DNA from: Candidatus Hecatella orcuttiae
GTDB taxonomy: Archaea; Thermoproteota; Bathyarchaeia; Hecatellales; Hecatellaceae
Reading direction: 5' to 3'
DNA: 64,000 nucleotides
Assembly: GCA_002011035.2 (NCBI GenBank)
Contig: MTLY02000003.1
Location: forward strand, 512,001-576,000
The translations under genes were made by a program, and so were the position numbers. Position 1 is the first letter of the stretch. Each line of letters starts with the position of its first letter. The notes under the pieces were generated by a model. It did no database searches. It saw nothing but the letters and a program-made list of their open reading frames with translations, and was not told the DNA's origin. Shown piece after piece: positions 20,008 to 30,219 of this stretch.

Positions 20008-20930
20008 CTATTTGTTGATAATCTCTTGGTAGAATTTAAGATACATGCCAGTAGCTCTATCCCAAGTTAGGTTCCTTTCGATGTATCCTCTTCCCTCTAA
20101 GGCTTTTTTCTCGCATTTTCATAATTTTTAAAAATCCAACAAGCTTTTTCAGCAAACGCCTCTGCTTTGTAGGGAACATAGTAAGCATACTTACCTACAG
20201 ATTCCCTTATGGCTGGTATATCTGTGGCTATCACCGGTGTCCCGCATGCCAATGCTTCAGCTGAAGCCAGAGAGAACCCCTCAGCATAGGGCGGGCTTGG
20301 AACTAAAATAACATGGCATTTGTTGTAGAAATAGCATAATTGATTATCATCTAAGACCTTATCGTTCAACAAGATAACGCATTCCGGTAATAATTCAGCA
20401 TTTTTGGGATAAGACTAATTTTGTAGGATGCTTTTCTTCCCACATAGCCGATAGTCGGTTTTTTCGGTTTCTTTATTCCAAGCGGTTTAAATTTACTGCA
20501 ATCAACCCCGTTAGGGACAACTCTAGCCTTGTCAGTCATCTTCGGCATCACAACTCCCAGGGCCTCTATAATAGCCTTTGTCGGGGTTGTTATTCCTATA
20601 GCTTTTTTTTACAGCTAATTTTTGAAGATATCCTCTGAAGTGATACATTCGCATAGGAGCGATGTCATGGAGGGTTAGGATGTAATTCTTTCTAGCGATG
20701 ATCGGCGGCATTGCTGCCCTAAAATTAGCCGCGTGAATGACATCATAGTCTTTAAGTTTCATTGATGCTCTTACCATCCAAAGAAAAGTTCCAGTCTATG
20801 GTTTTCCGTTATGGACGACTTCAACGTTAACATGTTTTCTCAGCCTTTCCACTATCTCTATACTAAATCTGTTAACGCCTCCTATCGGTTTTTCAGGCGT
20901 ATAATGGAGAGTTAACCACAGGACTTTCAT
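20008..20930 (-). pseudogene. GT4 glycosyltransferase broken into five frame segments
   Basis: Segments in order: MKVLWLTLHYTPEKPIGGVNRF (ATG 20930); DVIHAAN...LTLHD; VVPNGVD...IGYVGR; EGFSLASAEALACGTPVIATD; LTWDRATGMYLKFY ending at TAG 20008. Implies at least four frameshifts. Confidence 0.85.
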
Positions 20931-21172
20931 GGCTTTCGTCTAACTACTTTAAACTTTCTTTTAATGGTATATAGGTTATAAACCCTCCAAATATATAATT
21001 GCTTCAATCTCATTGCTGAGGGATGCCACCTTATTGACGATTCCCATCAGCTTCCTTAACTTATCTTTACGTTTTCCACTATAAATATCGTGGTTTTGTC
21101 CTTATTTTCAATTGAAACTCTTCCTTTCGCAGAAGCTTGTATAATGAAAAAGGAGTATACCTTTTTCTATGC

Positions 21173-21514
21173 CTATGGTATTGTTTCTCCCCCGGCATCA
21201 TAAAGCGGATTAGAAACAGTTTTGCGTCCCGCTAGTCTCGGCAAAAGAAAATAGTAAGGTATGGCTATTAAATTAGGGACGACTATTGTTATTATGGTTA
21301 TATATCTTCTAGAAATTCTTGTAAGCTCTCTCAACAAGGTATGAGGTTTATCACTATGTTCAAAAGTATGGAATAGGTAAACTTGTTCAAAACATTTTTC
21401 TTGAAATGGTAAATAATGCATGTCTGCCCCCACATCTGGATTGACGATAGGATCTATATCAACGCCAATATCCTTCCGCTTATTCCTGCCGCAGCCTACA
21501 TCGAGAGTTACCAT
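21173..21514 (-). pseudogene. Class I SAM methyltransferase (type 11), short and probably truncated
   Basis: LDVGCG, GVDI, ADMHYLPF, HTFEH; similarity appears to end after VVPN. Confidence 0.6.
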
Positions 21515-21746
21515 GCCTTTAATCTCCTGTTTACCAACTCAAATTAAGATGAGGAAACATTCAATGTGGTTTTACAAAGCTAAAAATTAATTCGTTGTTT
21601 ATTAATGAGATCTCCTAAAAAGGTTGGGCATATTGAAGGCAAAGAGATGACTAAATTATATATTAAATTAATAGTATATTAATCGAGTAATGAAAAACTT
21701 AAGAGCCAAACCGTCTTGAATTGACGAATCTACAAGGTAATAAAAT

Positions 21747-22865
21747 TTGAGGGTTCTTCTACTGGGTCGATATACGGCTTGGGACAATAGGGCTTTTGGT
21801 GGCGACATTCACGCCCAGAAATTGGCGGATAATTTAGGGGCCTTAGGATGTAAGGTCGATTTCTGTAATGCCTCAAACTTCTCTGGCAGAGAAAGCATCA
21901 ACTTCTTAAAGGTTGAATATTGCCGATTTAGGAATACACCATATTATCCATTGTTAAAACTTGATAACGTGGTTGAATACGATGTGGTTCACGGCTTCTC
22001 CACCACCGGCTACATTTTTAGAATTATTAATAAATTTCGTTCTTCCTCGTCTTTGAGCCGTCCTTTGATGGTTCAATCTCAGCTTGTTTCAAGATTGGCT
22101 GCTTTAGGAGTCAAACATCCAGCTGAACTCTTACTCAGGCTCAAGCCCTTTAGGTTTTTAGCTTGGCGGATGGAGAGAGATGCATGCAGGCATGCCGACG
22201 TGGTTGTAGTGACCTCTCAGGCCGTGAAGGAATGTATCGTCAAAGAATTCGATTTGCCTAACAGTAAGGTTCAGGTAATTCCAAGAGGGGTAGACGTGGA
22301 GCACTTTAAGCCTACACGGCTTCCTGAAGATAAGGTTATTCTGACGGTGTGCAGACTTGAAATAGAAAAAGGAATCCAACATCTCATCGAATCGGTTAAG
22401 TATCTTCATAAATCCCATAAAGATATCAGTCTTCATATCGTAGGAAGCGGAAAGGATGAGCGTCGGTTGAAAGAAATGGCTAAAGGTTGTTCCTATGTGC
22501 GGTTTTTAGGTAAAGTTCCTCATCAAGACATGCCTAAAATTTACGCAAGTTGCAGAGTTTTCGTATTGCCCTCTCTCTTTGAACCATTCGGTGCAGTGTT
22601 GCTGGAGGCTATGGCCTCTGCTAGGCCGGTGATAGCTGTCAATACAGGTGGACCTAGAGATATCGTGACCCCGGACTGCGGTGTACTGGTCAATTTTGGT
22701 GATGTAGATCAATTAGCGGCCGCTGTTGACAATCTTCTCCACGACAGGAAGAAGGCGGAGAGAATGGGGCTTATGGGAAGAGATAGAGTTCAAAAAGAAT
22801 ACACTTGGGAAAAAGAGGCGGAAAAATATTTGAGACTGTATCGAGGAGAAACAGCCAAGCTCTAA
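21747..22865 (+). CDS. Glycosyltransferase family 4
   Basis: VIPRGVD, RLEIEKG, PSLFEPFGAVLLEAMASARPVI. Confidence 0.92.
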   Translation: MRVLLLGRYTAWDNRAFGGDIHAQKLADNLGALGCKVDFCNASNFSGRESINFLKVEYCRFRNTPYYPLLKLDNVVEYDVVHGFSTTGYIFRIINKFRSSSSLSRPLMVQSQLVSRLAALGVKHPAELLLRLKPFRFLAWRMERDACRHADVVVVTSQAVKECIVKEFDLPNSKVQVIPRGVDVEHFKPTRLPEDKVILTVCRLEIEKGIQHLIESVKYLHKSHKDISLHIVGSGKDERRLKEMAKGCSYVRFLGKVPHQDMPKIYASCRVFVLPSLFEPFGAVLLEAMASARPVIAVNTGGPRDIVTPDCGVLVNFGDVDQLAAAVDNLLHDRKKAERMGLMGRDRVQKEYTWEKEAEKYLRLYRGETAKL

Positions 22866-22869
22866 ACTG

Positions 22870-23727
22870 TTGGAGGCGATGCAATTGAAGTTTGACATAG
22901 TGATGTGGGCGAAAAATGGTGCATGGTCCTTGCCTCGGGTATTCAGCCGCATTAATGAAGTTATACCTCTCAGCTCTGTTAACCAGCGGATATACGTTGA
23001 TGATCACAGCATAGATGATAGCGTGGAAATAGCCAAGTCATTCGGTTGGAGTGTCTACAAAAACGAAGGTGCCGGTCTCAGTGACGGCGCCAACACAGCC
23101 CTAAAACATGTTGAAACTCCTTACTTCATATCGTTTGAACGAGACATAGTTCTAGCTGAAGATTGGTGGGAGAAAATACCGCCTCAAGTTCTAGGTAAGC
23201 ATAAAGTCCTTGCTGCACAAGGGATACGTCTCCCAGATCATCCTATTCTGAGAAAGCTCCAAGAATATCGGACGGAGAGGATGATTAAAACTGGACGTTC
23301 CACCCAATCTCTAGATAACACCATGTTCAACACCACCCTTCTCCGTGGTCTAGGCGGTTTCCCTAAGATAAAAAAGGCAGCAGCCGGCGTCGATAGCATT
23401 CTGGTTCAGAAAGCTTTAAGAGCGGGCTATGAATGGAAAACCGACTTCAGCGTCATGTCTCTACATTTGAGAAAGGGGGTATGCCAAGAGCTTCGGCATT
23501 ATTACAGATATGGCGTTTACTCTAACATAGTAAAAAAATATGATAAGTCAATTAATATGCTGCGTTTTCTCAAAATGTTATTTTTCTCGCCCATTAGGGG
23601 ATTTGATATTGCTGTAAAGAAACGGTGCATCTGGCTTTGGCCCCTGTATCTCACAATCAGACTCTACGCCTTTTTGGGTTATCTCCACGGATATTTTTCT
23701 CTTTCACATGAAGAGAACGATGTTTGA
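22870..23727 (+). CDS. Glycosyltransferase family 2
   Basis: YVDDHSIDDSVEIA, GLSDGAN, variant DxD (FERD). Confidence 0.85.
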   Translation: MEAMQLKFDIVMWAKNGAWSLPRVFSRINEVIPLSSVNQRIYVDDHSIDDSVEIAKSFGWSVYKNEGAGLSDGANTALKHVETPYFISFERDIVLAEDWWEKIPPQVLGKHKVLAAQGIRLPDHPILRKLQEYRTERMIKTGRSTQSLDNTMFNTTLLRGLGGFPKIKKAAAGVDSILVQKALRAGYEWKTDFSVMSLHLRKGVCQELRHYYRYGVYSNIVKKYDKSINMLRFLKMLFFSPIRGFDIAVKKRCIWLWPLYLTIRLYAFLGYLHGYFSLSHEENDV

Positions 23728-23755
23728 CCGATGTCATGTTCATAAAGCAATTTTA

Positions 23756-24475
23756 CTAAGCCGTCCGTCGACAGACTAGTACAGAATTTGATATGTCTTC
23801 ACATATTTTTCTTTTCAAGATTTTACTATAAAATGTTCTGGCAAAAGGAAAATCCACGCGTAGGACCTTAATGGAGAAGAAACTTTCAATCACGCTAAAG
23901 CCATTCTCCTCCATCAAACTGAGGATTTCTTTGGGCGAAAATGACCTTAGATGCTTTTTATCCGCGATGAAGGCTACCCTGATCCTTCTCAAGACAAAGA
24001 ATTTACGTCTAATTTTACTCCAAAATTCACTTTTATAGGGTACCGGGACGGTCAAGACCAGTAACCCATCCGGCTTCAATACCCTTTTCATCTCGCTCAG
24101 AATCGCCGAAGGGTTTATCACGTGCTCCAAAACCTGCGAGCAAAGAATCAGGTTGACGCTAGAATTTTTTAAAGGGAGGGTCTCACCTACCCCATGGATG
24201 TAATCTGTTTTATCGTTTTTTCCCGCTTTTCTCAGAAGCGGGAGAGAAATGTCGAGACCGATGAGGAAGTTAAAAAGGTCTCTAAATAATTTCAAATAAC
24301 AACCTTCAGCGCATCCCACATCCAGTAAGATATCTCCCTCAGCGAACTTATGGACAACCTCTAACACTTTTTCTCTTCTTCTGAGATGTCCCTCTGCCTC
24401 GTAGAGTTTATTTTGCCCTTCCATACTTTGATATTCTTTGTAATATTTTCTCGGAATAATGCCCTTAGTAACCAT
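23756..24475 (-). CDS. Class I SAM-dependent methyltransferase
   Basis: LLDVGCAEG, GLDIS, SQVLEHV, RVLKPDGLLVLTVP. Confidence 0.92.
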   Translation of the reverse strand: MVTKGIIPRKYYKEYQSMEGQNKLYEAEGHLRRREKVLEVVHKFAEGDILLDVGCAEGCYLKLFRDLFNFLIGLDISLPLLRKAGKNDKTDYIHGVGETLPLKNSSVNLILCSQVLEHVINPSAILSEMKRVLKPDGLLVLTVPVPYKSEFWSKIRRKFFVLRRIRVAFIADKKHLRSFSPKEILSLMEENGFSVIESFFSIKVLRVDFPFARTFYSKILKRKICEDISNSVLVCRRTA

Positions 24476-24678
24476 ATTCTATGCGCCTAATTTCATATTC
24501 AGGTAGCTGTCCACGTCAATACAACTGCTTGTCGATGATAAAAAGTCTCCTCTCAGTTTTTAGAAAATAATCTCTGTAGCCATTATAGCTTAGGATTTTA
24601 ATAATCCATAGCATTATATAGGTTGAATTAAGGCTGAGGGCTTAAAGGGGAAGCTATAAGGGGTAGAGGTCCCGCGCT

Positions 24679-25818
24679 TTGAAGATTTGTATTTTCTCCC
24701 CTCAATCTCGTTTAGCCTCGCAGATGAAGGAATTCGCCATAAGATTTGTTAGCATGAATCATGAGGTACACGCAATTATAGCTTCCTCTTCCTATGGGCG
24801 AAAACATAGAAGGCGTGAAATTGATGGAAGCGGCATTGTCTATCATGTTATGCCGGTTATACCCGTCTCTAAGTTGTTATATCCTTCCTATGTAATTTTA
24901 GCTACGATAAGAGGATTACTCGTGAGAAATAGTGTTACTATCTCTCATGAGGTCTACACAGGTTTGATAGGGGTAATCCTTCGTTTCTTAACCGGCAGAA
25001 AGTCTGTCCTCTATGTGGTTGACGCTCAGACAGACCTGAAAATAGAGCGGGGTATGTGGCGTAATTCGCTGCTCCTAAAGCTTGGTAGGTGGCTGGAGCG
25101 TTTCGTAGTCAGTCACTCAGACGTATCCATAGCCATTGATCAGTCTTTGATCCCCTACCTAAAACAACTAGGCGCAAAAAGGGTTGAAGTTGTTACCTAC
25201 GGGATTAAACTGGACCTGTTCAATAAATGTGATGGCAAAGAAATCGTGAAGAAACACTGTCTCCCCGAGGGGAAGGTTGTAGGTTATGTCGGCGGAATGG
25301 AGCCCCATCATGGAGTACAATATCTGGTCGAAGCTATTCCTTATGTTATAAAAGAAATACCTGACGTCAAATTCCTTATAGTAGGTAACGGTCTTCTGAG
25401 GCCTTGGCTAGAAGAAAAGGCGGGAAAACATGGTGTCTTTCCAGGGCATGTACCATACCATGAGGTACCAAAATATCTTGCCGCCTCAGATATTCTCGTG
25501 GTCCCCGCAGCACCTCGCTCCAAATACGTGTCTGTGTTGACCACCAAGATTTTTGACTACCTTGGCTCTGGCAAGGCTATCATTGCAACAGATGTGGGCG
25601 GAATTAAACAGACCTTAGGCGATGTTACTTTAGTTGTGCCACCAAGAGACCCTAAAGCATTGGCAAATGCCATTCTACATCTGATAAAAGACAGAGAATC
25701 ACGCCGGAAGATGGGTTTGGAGGCGAAGAAAATCATCAACATCAGATTCAACTATGATAAACTTGCAAAAAGATTCGTCAAAATCTTGGAAGATGCAGGC
25801 AGGGATTGTGAGTCATGA
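24679..25818 (+). CDS. Glycosyltransferase family 4
   Basis: VGYVGGM, LIVGNG, KIFDYLGSGKAIIATDVGG. Confidence 0.9.
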   Translation: MKICIFSPQSRLASQMKEFAIRFVSMNHEVHAIIASSSYGRKHRRREIDGSGIVYHVMPVIPVSKLLYPSYVILATIRGLLVRNSVTISHEVYTGLIGVILRFLTGRKSVLYVVDAQTDLKIERGMWRNSLLLKLGRWLERFVVSHSDVSIAIDQSLIPYLKQLGAKRVEVVTYGIKLDLFNKCDGKEIVKKHCLPEGKVVGYVGGMEPHHGVQYLVEAIPYVIKEIPDVKFLIVGNGLLRPWLEEKAGKHGVFPGHVPYHEVPKYLAASDILVVPAAPRSKYVSVLTTKIFDYLGSGKAIIATDVGGIKQTLGDVTLVVPPRDPKALANAILHLIKDRESRRKMGLEAKKIINIRFNYDKLAKRFVKILEDAGRDCES

Positions 25819-25834
25819 ACCTTCTTCACTTAAT

Positions 25835-26203
25835 TTAGTCGCTTTCCGCCCATTTTTTCATTAGCTTAATGGCTTCAGCATTTTTTCCATCCGCCAACAA
25901 AATGATGGCCTTTGCCAGGTCGCGGTAGTAGGGATTCGCTTTAGCCATAATTGTGTGGTTTATGGGGACTGCGCCTCGTTTAACATCTGTCCACCCGATG
26001 ATGGTGGCAAGAGGGATGTAAATTACAAAAAAAACTATCATAAAAACAATCAAATGTGAAAAGAGTTTTTGGAGGGTTGGAATATATTCTATTAGAAGGC
26101 GGTACTGTATCACAATAAAGTTTAGAAAGGTGATGGCGAAGATCAGGTAAACGCTGTGCCCCCTCCTAAAATAAGTCCAATATCTTAGTAGCCTTCTTCT
26201 CAA
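25835..26203 (-). CDS. Small two-TM membrane protein of unknown function
   Basis: Basic N-terminus RYWTYFRRGH, two hydrophobic segments and an ANPY motif; GGAG-type RBS upstream. Confidence 0.7.
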   Translation of the reverse strand: MRRRLLRYWTYFRRGHSVYLIFAITFLNFIVIQYRLLIEYIPTLQKLFSHLIVFMIVFFVIYIPLATIIGWTDVKRGAVPINHTIMAKANPYYRDLAKAIILLADGKNAEAIKLMKKWAESD

Positions 26204-26618
26204 TCCTTAACTCCTCCCTGTTTTTGTCAGTAAAGTTATTGTTGTTCTTGAGCACTTTTAATCAGCCTTAAAGAGAGGATATAAACTTTTTGAAAAGTAG
26301 GTTCAGCCTTCTTCTTGAATTTTCTGTCCTATTTGAACTTATTAGTTTAAAAATCTAGGCTTCAGCTGACTTATTTTGCGGACCTTTTCGGATCTTTCTC
26401 TAACATTTTTCCATATTTCTCCAAAGTCAAGTCTCTGCTTTTCTATTCGAAATTTCTTTAAGTACTTATGCATGTGTTATAAGTGAACTTATAACTGCGA
26501 AACAAATAAACCATTAATTTGGGATGTGCCGTGTTTTTATGGGAGAGGGAAAATATCTTTAAAAGTTGCTGTTTAGGCGTGATGGTGTTCAAGTCATAGA
26601 AGAGGCAGATTTACGCGT

Positions 26619-27347
26619 ATGGCTGAACTCATAAAGACGGGTGTGGAGGGTTTAGACGATGTCCTCGGGGGAGGTCTACCAGATAAGAGCCTAGTCCTCG
26701 TCCTCGGCGAGACTGGCTCTCATTATGATACCTTCGTTCGTCAGATTTTCTACAACCACGTTCTTGAGGGAGGGAAGGTCGCCTATTACATTGTTGAAAC
26801 TTCCAGCTCCGATGTCTTAGAGGATATGTCCGTCTACAATTGGGACCTTACCGAGTTTATGGAGAAAGGATCGTGGGTCTTTGTCAACGCACTCTCTCCA
26901 GACTTACAGGAGCTTTCAGAGCTATCTCCCAGTAAAACCCCTGAAGTTAAGCTTCTCCTGAGTCAGACCTTAACAACACTGAAAAGGGATTTTTTAGCTA
27001 GGGTTAAGGAAGGAAGGTGGACAGCGTTGCATATCTCCCATCTCATCTTACGCTACGACTTCAGAGATGTGATGGATACGGTGCTGTACATGCGGATGGT
27101 GGTCCGTCACCATTCAGGCTTACATTTTATACTGCTGCCTAGGGGGGTTCATGAGGAGCAGAAGATTCAGGCTCTCAAACATTTAGCGGATGGAGTATTC
27201 GAATTCGGTATGCAGGAAAGAGGCAGAGAATATGAAGGAGTGTTTACCATCACTAAGTTGAGGAAAGTTCTCCATAAAACGAAAACTCACTCCTTTATGA
27301 TTTCAAACAGGGGACTCTACATTGAGAGAGCGGAGCGGATAGTCTAG
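26619..27347 (+). CDS. KaiC/RAD55 (ArlH-like) protein with degenerate Walker A
   Basis: KTGVEGLDDVLGGGLP, then GETGSHYD replacing GxxGxGKT; HLADGVFEF; TKLR. Confidence 0.85.
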   Translation: MAELIKTGVEGLDDVLGGGLPDKSLVLVLGETGSHYDTFVRQIFYNHVLEGGKVAYYIVETSSSDVLEDMSVYNWDLTEFMEKGSWVFVNALSPDLQELSELSPSKTPEVKLLLSQTLTTLKRDFLARVKEGRWTALHISHLILRYDFRDVMDTVLYMRMVVRHHSGLHFILLPRGVHEEQKIQALKHLADGVFEFGMQERGREYEGVFTITKLRKVLHKTKTHSFMISNRGLYIERAERIV

Positions 27348-27688
27348 TCCTATTTGACATTGCAAAGATATCTCTTTAATGCGAAGGCGAATTTTTTGAA
27401 GCCCTTTTTTATACATCACAGGAGAAAAAAGCTGACTTACTCGGCGTCGAAAGGACATTTTGATGGAGAAAAGGTTAAGTACTGTGGAAGAGACTTGAGA
27501 ACTCAAAGAAAGGGAATAATCCTTTCCATTCAAATTGAAAACAGCTTTAATCCTTTAGGCGCCCAAGACAAAGAGGCGTCTGTTAAGGTTCCGGCGATGG
27601 GTGGAAACATAGATCCTGGGAGCTGTCTTCAGATGGATGTTCAAGCATGGGTTGGCAACTCTGGTTTTCAAGAGGGGGTTGCTTGGTT

Positions 27689-29248
27689 GTGAAACTGATA
27701 GGGCGGGGTAAACCGAAGTCTGAAACCGGAAAGACGGGAGCTAAACCGGAGATTCTCACACCAAAACTTCCAGAGAAAATTATAGACATTCATCCTGTGC
27801 TACCCCCGTATGCTCATGTGGCAATTACCCGTGATGAGATGGGACGGCATCGGTATGTTGTCATAGAGCCAGTCCTCAACGAGTCTGAGTCCCGGATCAT
27901 GGAGAGATTGAGAGAAATACTTGTTGAGGAATTGGAAGTTGCCACAGAAGAGCTGGGCAGTCACGAGAGAAGGGAAGCCTTCCTCAAAGAAAAAATTCAA
28001 AGTATTATTAAAAGGTACAAGATTAAACTCAGCCCGGAAGCCGTGGATAAACTCACCTACTATTTAATTCGAGATTTCGTTTATCTCAGCAAGATCGAGC
28101 CTCTCATGCGGGATCACATGATAGAAGACATTTCTTGCGATGGACCCAAGATTCCCATCTACGTATGGCATAGAGAATACGAGTCCATGCCAACCAACGT
28201 GGTCTTTGAGTCGGCTGAAGAGCTTGACAGGTTTGTTGTGAGATTATCCTACTTGGCCGGACGTCATATTTCCGTCGCTCAACCTATTGTTGACGGTTCG
28301 CTGCCGGATGGTAGCAGGCTTAATGCAACCTTCGGCTCGGAGGTTACAAAAAAAGGAAGCAGTTTCACCATCCGCAAGTTCAGAGCAGACCCGTTGACCA
28401 TCACGGATCTCATCGCCTTCAACACCATCTCCGCGGAAATCGGAGCCTATTTCTGGTTTCTAGTCGAGAACAAGGCCTCTATTTTAGTCTCTGGAGGTGT
28501 GGCTTCCGGTAAGACGACGTTCCTCAACTGCCTTGCCATGTTCATCCGACCGGAGCTTAAGATAGTCACCATTGAAGACACAGCGGAGCTTAACATTCCC
28601 CAAGAAAACCTAATTCAGGCTCTTACCCGTTCAGGTTTCGGTCCTGCGGGGGAGACGGCTGAGATCAGCCTCTTCGACCTGTTGAAGAATGCGATGAGGC
28701 AAAGACCCGACTACATCATAGTAGGGGAGATCCGTGGAGAGGAAGCTTACACGCTTTTCCAAGCCGTGACCACCGGCCATGGGGGTTTAAGTAGCATACA
28801 TGGAGATTCCGTTCAATCCGTCATTTACCGTTTAGAATCTGAGCCTATGAAGATTCCGAGGAATTTCATCGCCAGCTTGAATGCTGTAACAATTTTAGGC
28901 AAGGTTCAAGTTGGTGAACGGTCTGTCAGACGTATGTTAAACTGCACTGAGTTGGTGGGCATAGACCCTTCAACCAAGCATCTTCTAACCAACCTAATCT
29001 ACGAGTGGAAACCAGACGATGACTCCTTTGCCTTCGAAGGAAGAAGCAACTTTATCAGTAAAGTCATGGCCGCCAAAAACATGACGGAAGCTGATATTAG
29101 GGAGGATCTGAAAATGAGAACCCAAATCCTCAAATGGATGGTGGCCAGCAACATCAGACGCTATATAGATGTAGCTCAAGTTATCAGGCAGTTCTACGTC
29201 GACCCTCAACGTCTTTATGCAAAAGCCAGATACGGTCTTGAGGCATGA
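27689..29248 (+). CDS. Type IV pilus/type II secretion assembly ATPase (ArlI/TadA-like)
   Basis: IEDISCDG, GGVASGKTT, TIEDTAEL, RQRPDYIIVGEIRG, TGHGG..SIH; GTG 27689 preferred as start. Confidence 0.93.
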   Translation: MKLIGRGKPKSETGKTGAKPEILTPKLPEKIIDIHPVLPPYAHVAITRDEMGRHRYVVIEPVLNESESRIMERLREILVEELEVATEELGSHERREAFLKEKIQSIIKRYKIKLSPEAVDKLTYYLIRDFVYLSKIEPLMRDHMIEDISCDGPKIPIYVWHREYESMPTNVVFESAEELDRFVVRLSYLAGRHISVAQPIVDGSLPDGSRLNATFGSEVTKKGSSFTIRKFRADPLTITDLIAFNTISAEIGAYFWFLVENKASILVSGGVASGKTTFLNCLAMFIRPELKIVTIEDTAELNIPQENLIQALTRSGFGPAGETAEISLFDLLKNAMRQRPDYIIVGEIRGEEAYTLFQAVTTGHGGLSSIHGDSVQSVIYRLESEPMKIPRNFIASLNAVTILGKVQVGERSVRRMLNCTELVGIDPSTKHLLTNLIYEWKPDDDSFAFEGRSNFISKVMAAKNMTEADIREDLKMRTQILKWMVASNIRRYIDVAQVIRQFYVDPQRLYAKARYGLEA

Positions 29249-30213
29249 GTCCTTCTAGGAAAGAAGGCAAGTCTGAAAAGGTTAAGCAAGTCAAAGGCAA
29301 AGGTGGAATGTCCGCGGGAGTTTTGGAGAAACCTTGGTATGCTTCTTACGGTTTTTTGGCATCAAAGATCGATCCTCTGCTCCCCCACCTTAAAGGGTTG
29401 AGGAGTAAGTTCATCAAAGCCGGTCTTCCGGTGGATTTCAGGGCCTATGTGAGTTTTCTCATTTTCGCAACCATCATGTCTTTTGCGGTAACCTTGGGGA
29501 TTACTTTGAGCATAAATATTTTCTTCCTTAAAACCCAAATAATCTATTTTCTCGGTGTTTCGTTTCCTTTTCTATCGCTCCCTCTCATAATAGCCGGCTT
29601 CTCGGCGGCGACAACGTTTCTTTCGATCTATCTCTACCCCAGCTTTGTGGTGGGTGTTGAGAAGAGAAAGATTGAGAATTCTCTCCTCTACGCTGTAAGC
29701 TACATGTCCATCTTAGCCACAGCCGGCTTGTCGCCTGAAAGGATCTTTAGAGCTCTCGCAGCCAAACCTGAAATTCGGGGAATCTGCACCCAAGCCAGGT
29801 TGATCATCAGAGACGTAGACATTTTTGGGGTTGATTTTCTTTCAGCTTTGCACAGTGCCATTGAGCGCGCCCCCTCCAAGCTGTACGCGGATGTTCTTGA
29901 AGGGTTTGTAGCCCTCATTTATTCAGGAGGAGATCTGTCTGAGTATCTGAGGACTAGGACGGATGAGCTGACAAAGCGCCAAGCTGACATCATCCGCATG
30001 TTCGTTGGGAGGCTTGGGATGCTGGCCGAGTCCGCTGTAGCTATCATAGCTGTCTTTCCTCTGATATTCATCGTCAGCTTCAGCACAGCTTCCCTTCTCC
30101 CAGGGGGGTTTCTAACTCAGCCGATCTTTGTATACAGTGTGGTTTACTTGATGCTGCCCTTTATCTCTATTCTGTTCTTAGCGATTCTGAGAACGGGAGC
30201 TCCTCAGGTGTAA
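29245..30213 (+). CDS. Type II secretion F/TadC-family platform protein
   Basis: KAGLP, IENSLLYAVSYM...AGLSP, GVDFLSAL...PS, SGGDL; several TM segments; ATGA overlap with the ATPase. Confidence 0.88.
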   Translation: MSPSRKEGKSEKVKQVKGKGGMSAGVLEKPWYASYGFLASKIDPLLPHLKGLRSKFIKAGLPVDFRAYVSFLIFATIMSFAVTLGITLSINIFFLKTQIIYFLGVSFPFLSLPLIIAGFSAATTFLSIYLYPSFVVGVEKRKIENSLLYAVSYMSILATAGLSPERIFRALAAKPEIRGICTQARLIIRDVDIFGVDFLSALHSAIERAPSKLYADVLEGFVALIYSGGDLSEYLRTRTDELTKRQADIIRMFVGRLGMLAESAVAIIAVFPLIFIVSFSTASLLPGGFLTQPIFVYSVVYLMLPFISILFLAILRTGAPQV

Positions 30214-30219
30214 TCTGTC

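Noticed and set aside
27303-27692. 112-aa and 76-aa ORFs, or a possible ncRNA, between the KaiC-like gene and the pilus ATPase
   Set aside because: No recognisable motifs, RBS or convincing secondary structure; treated as intergenic, although a small gene cannot be excluded.
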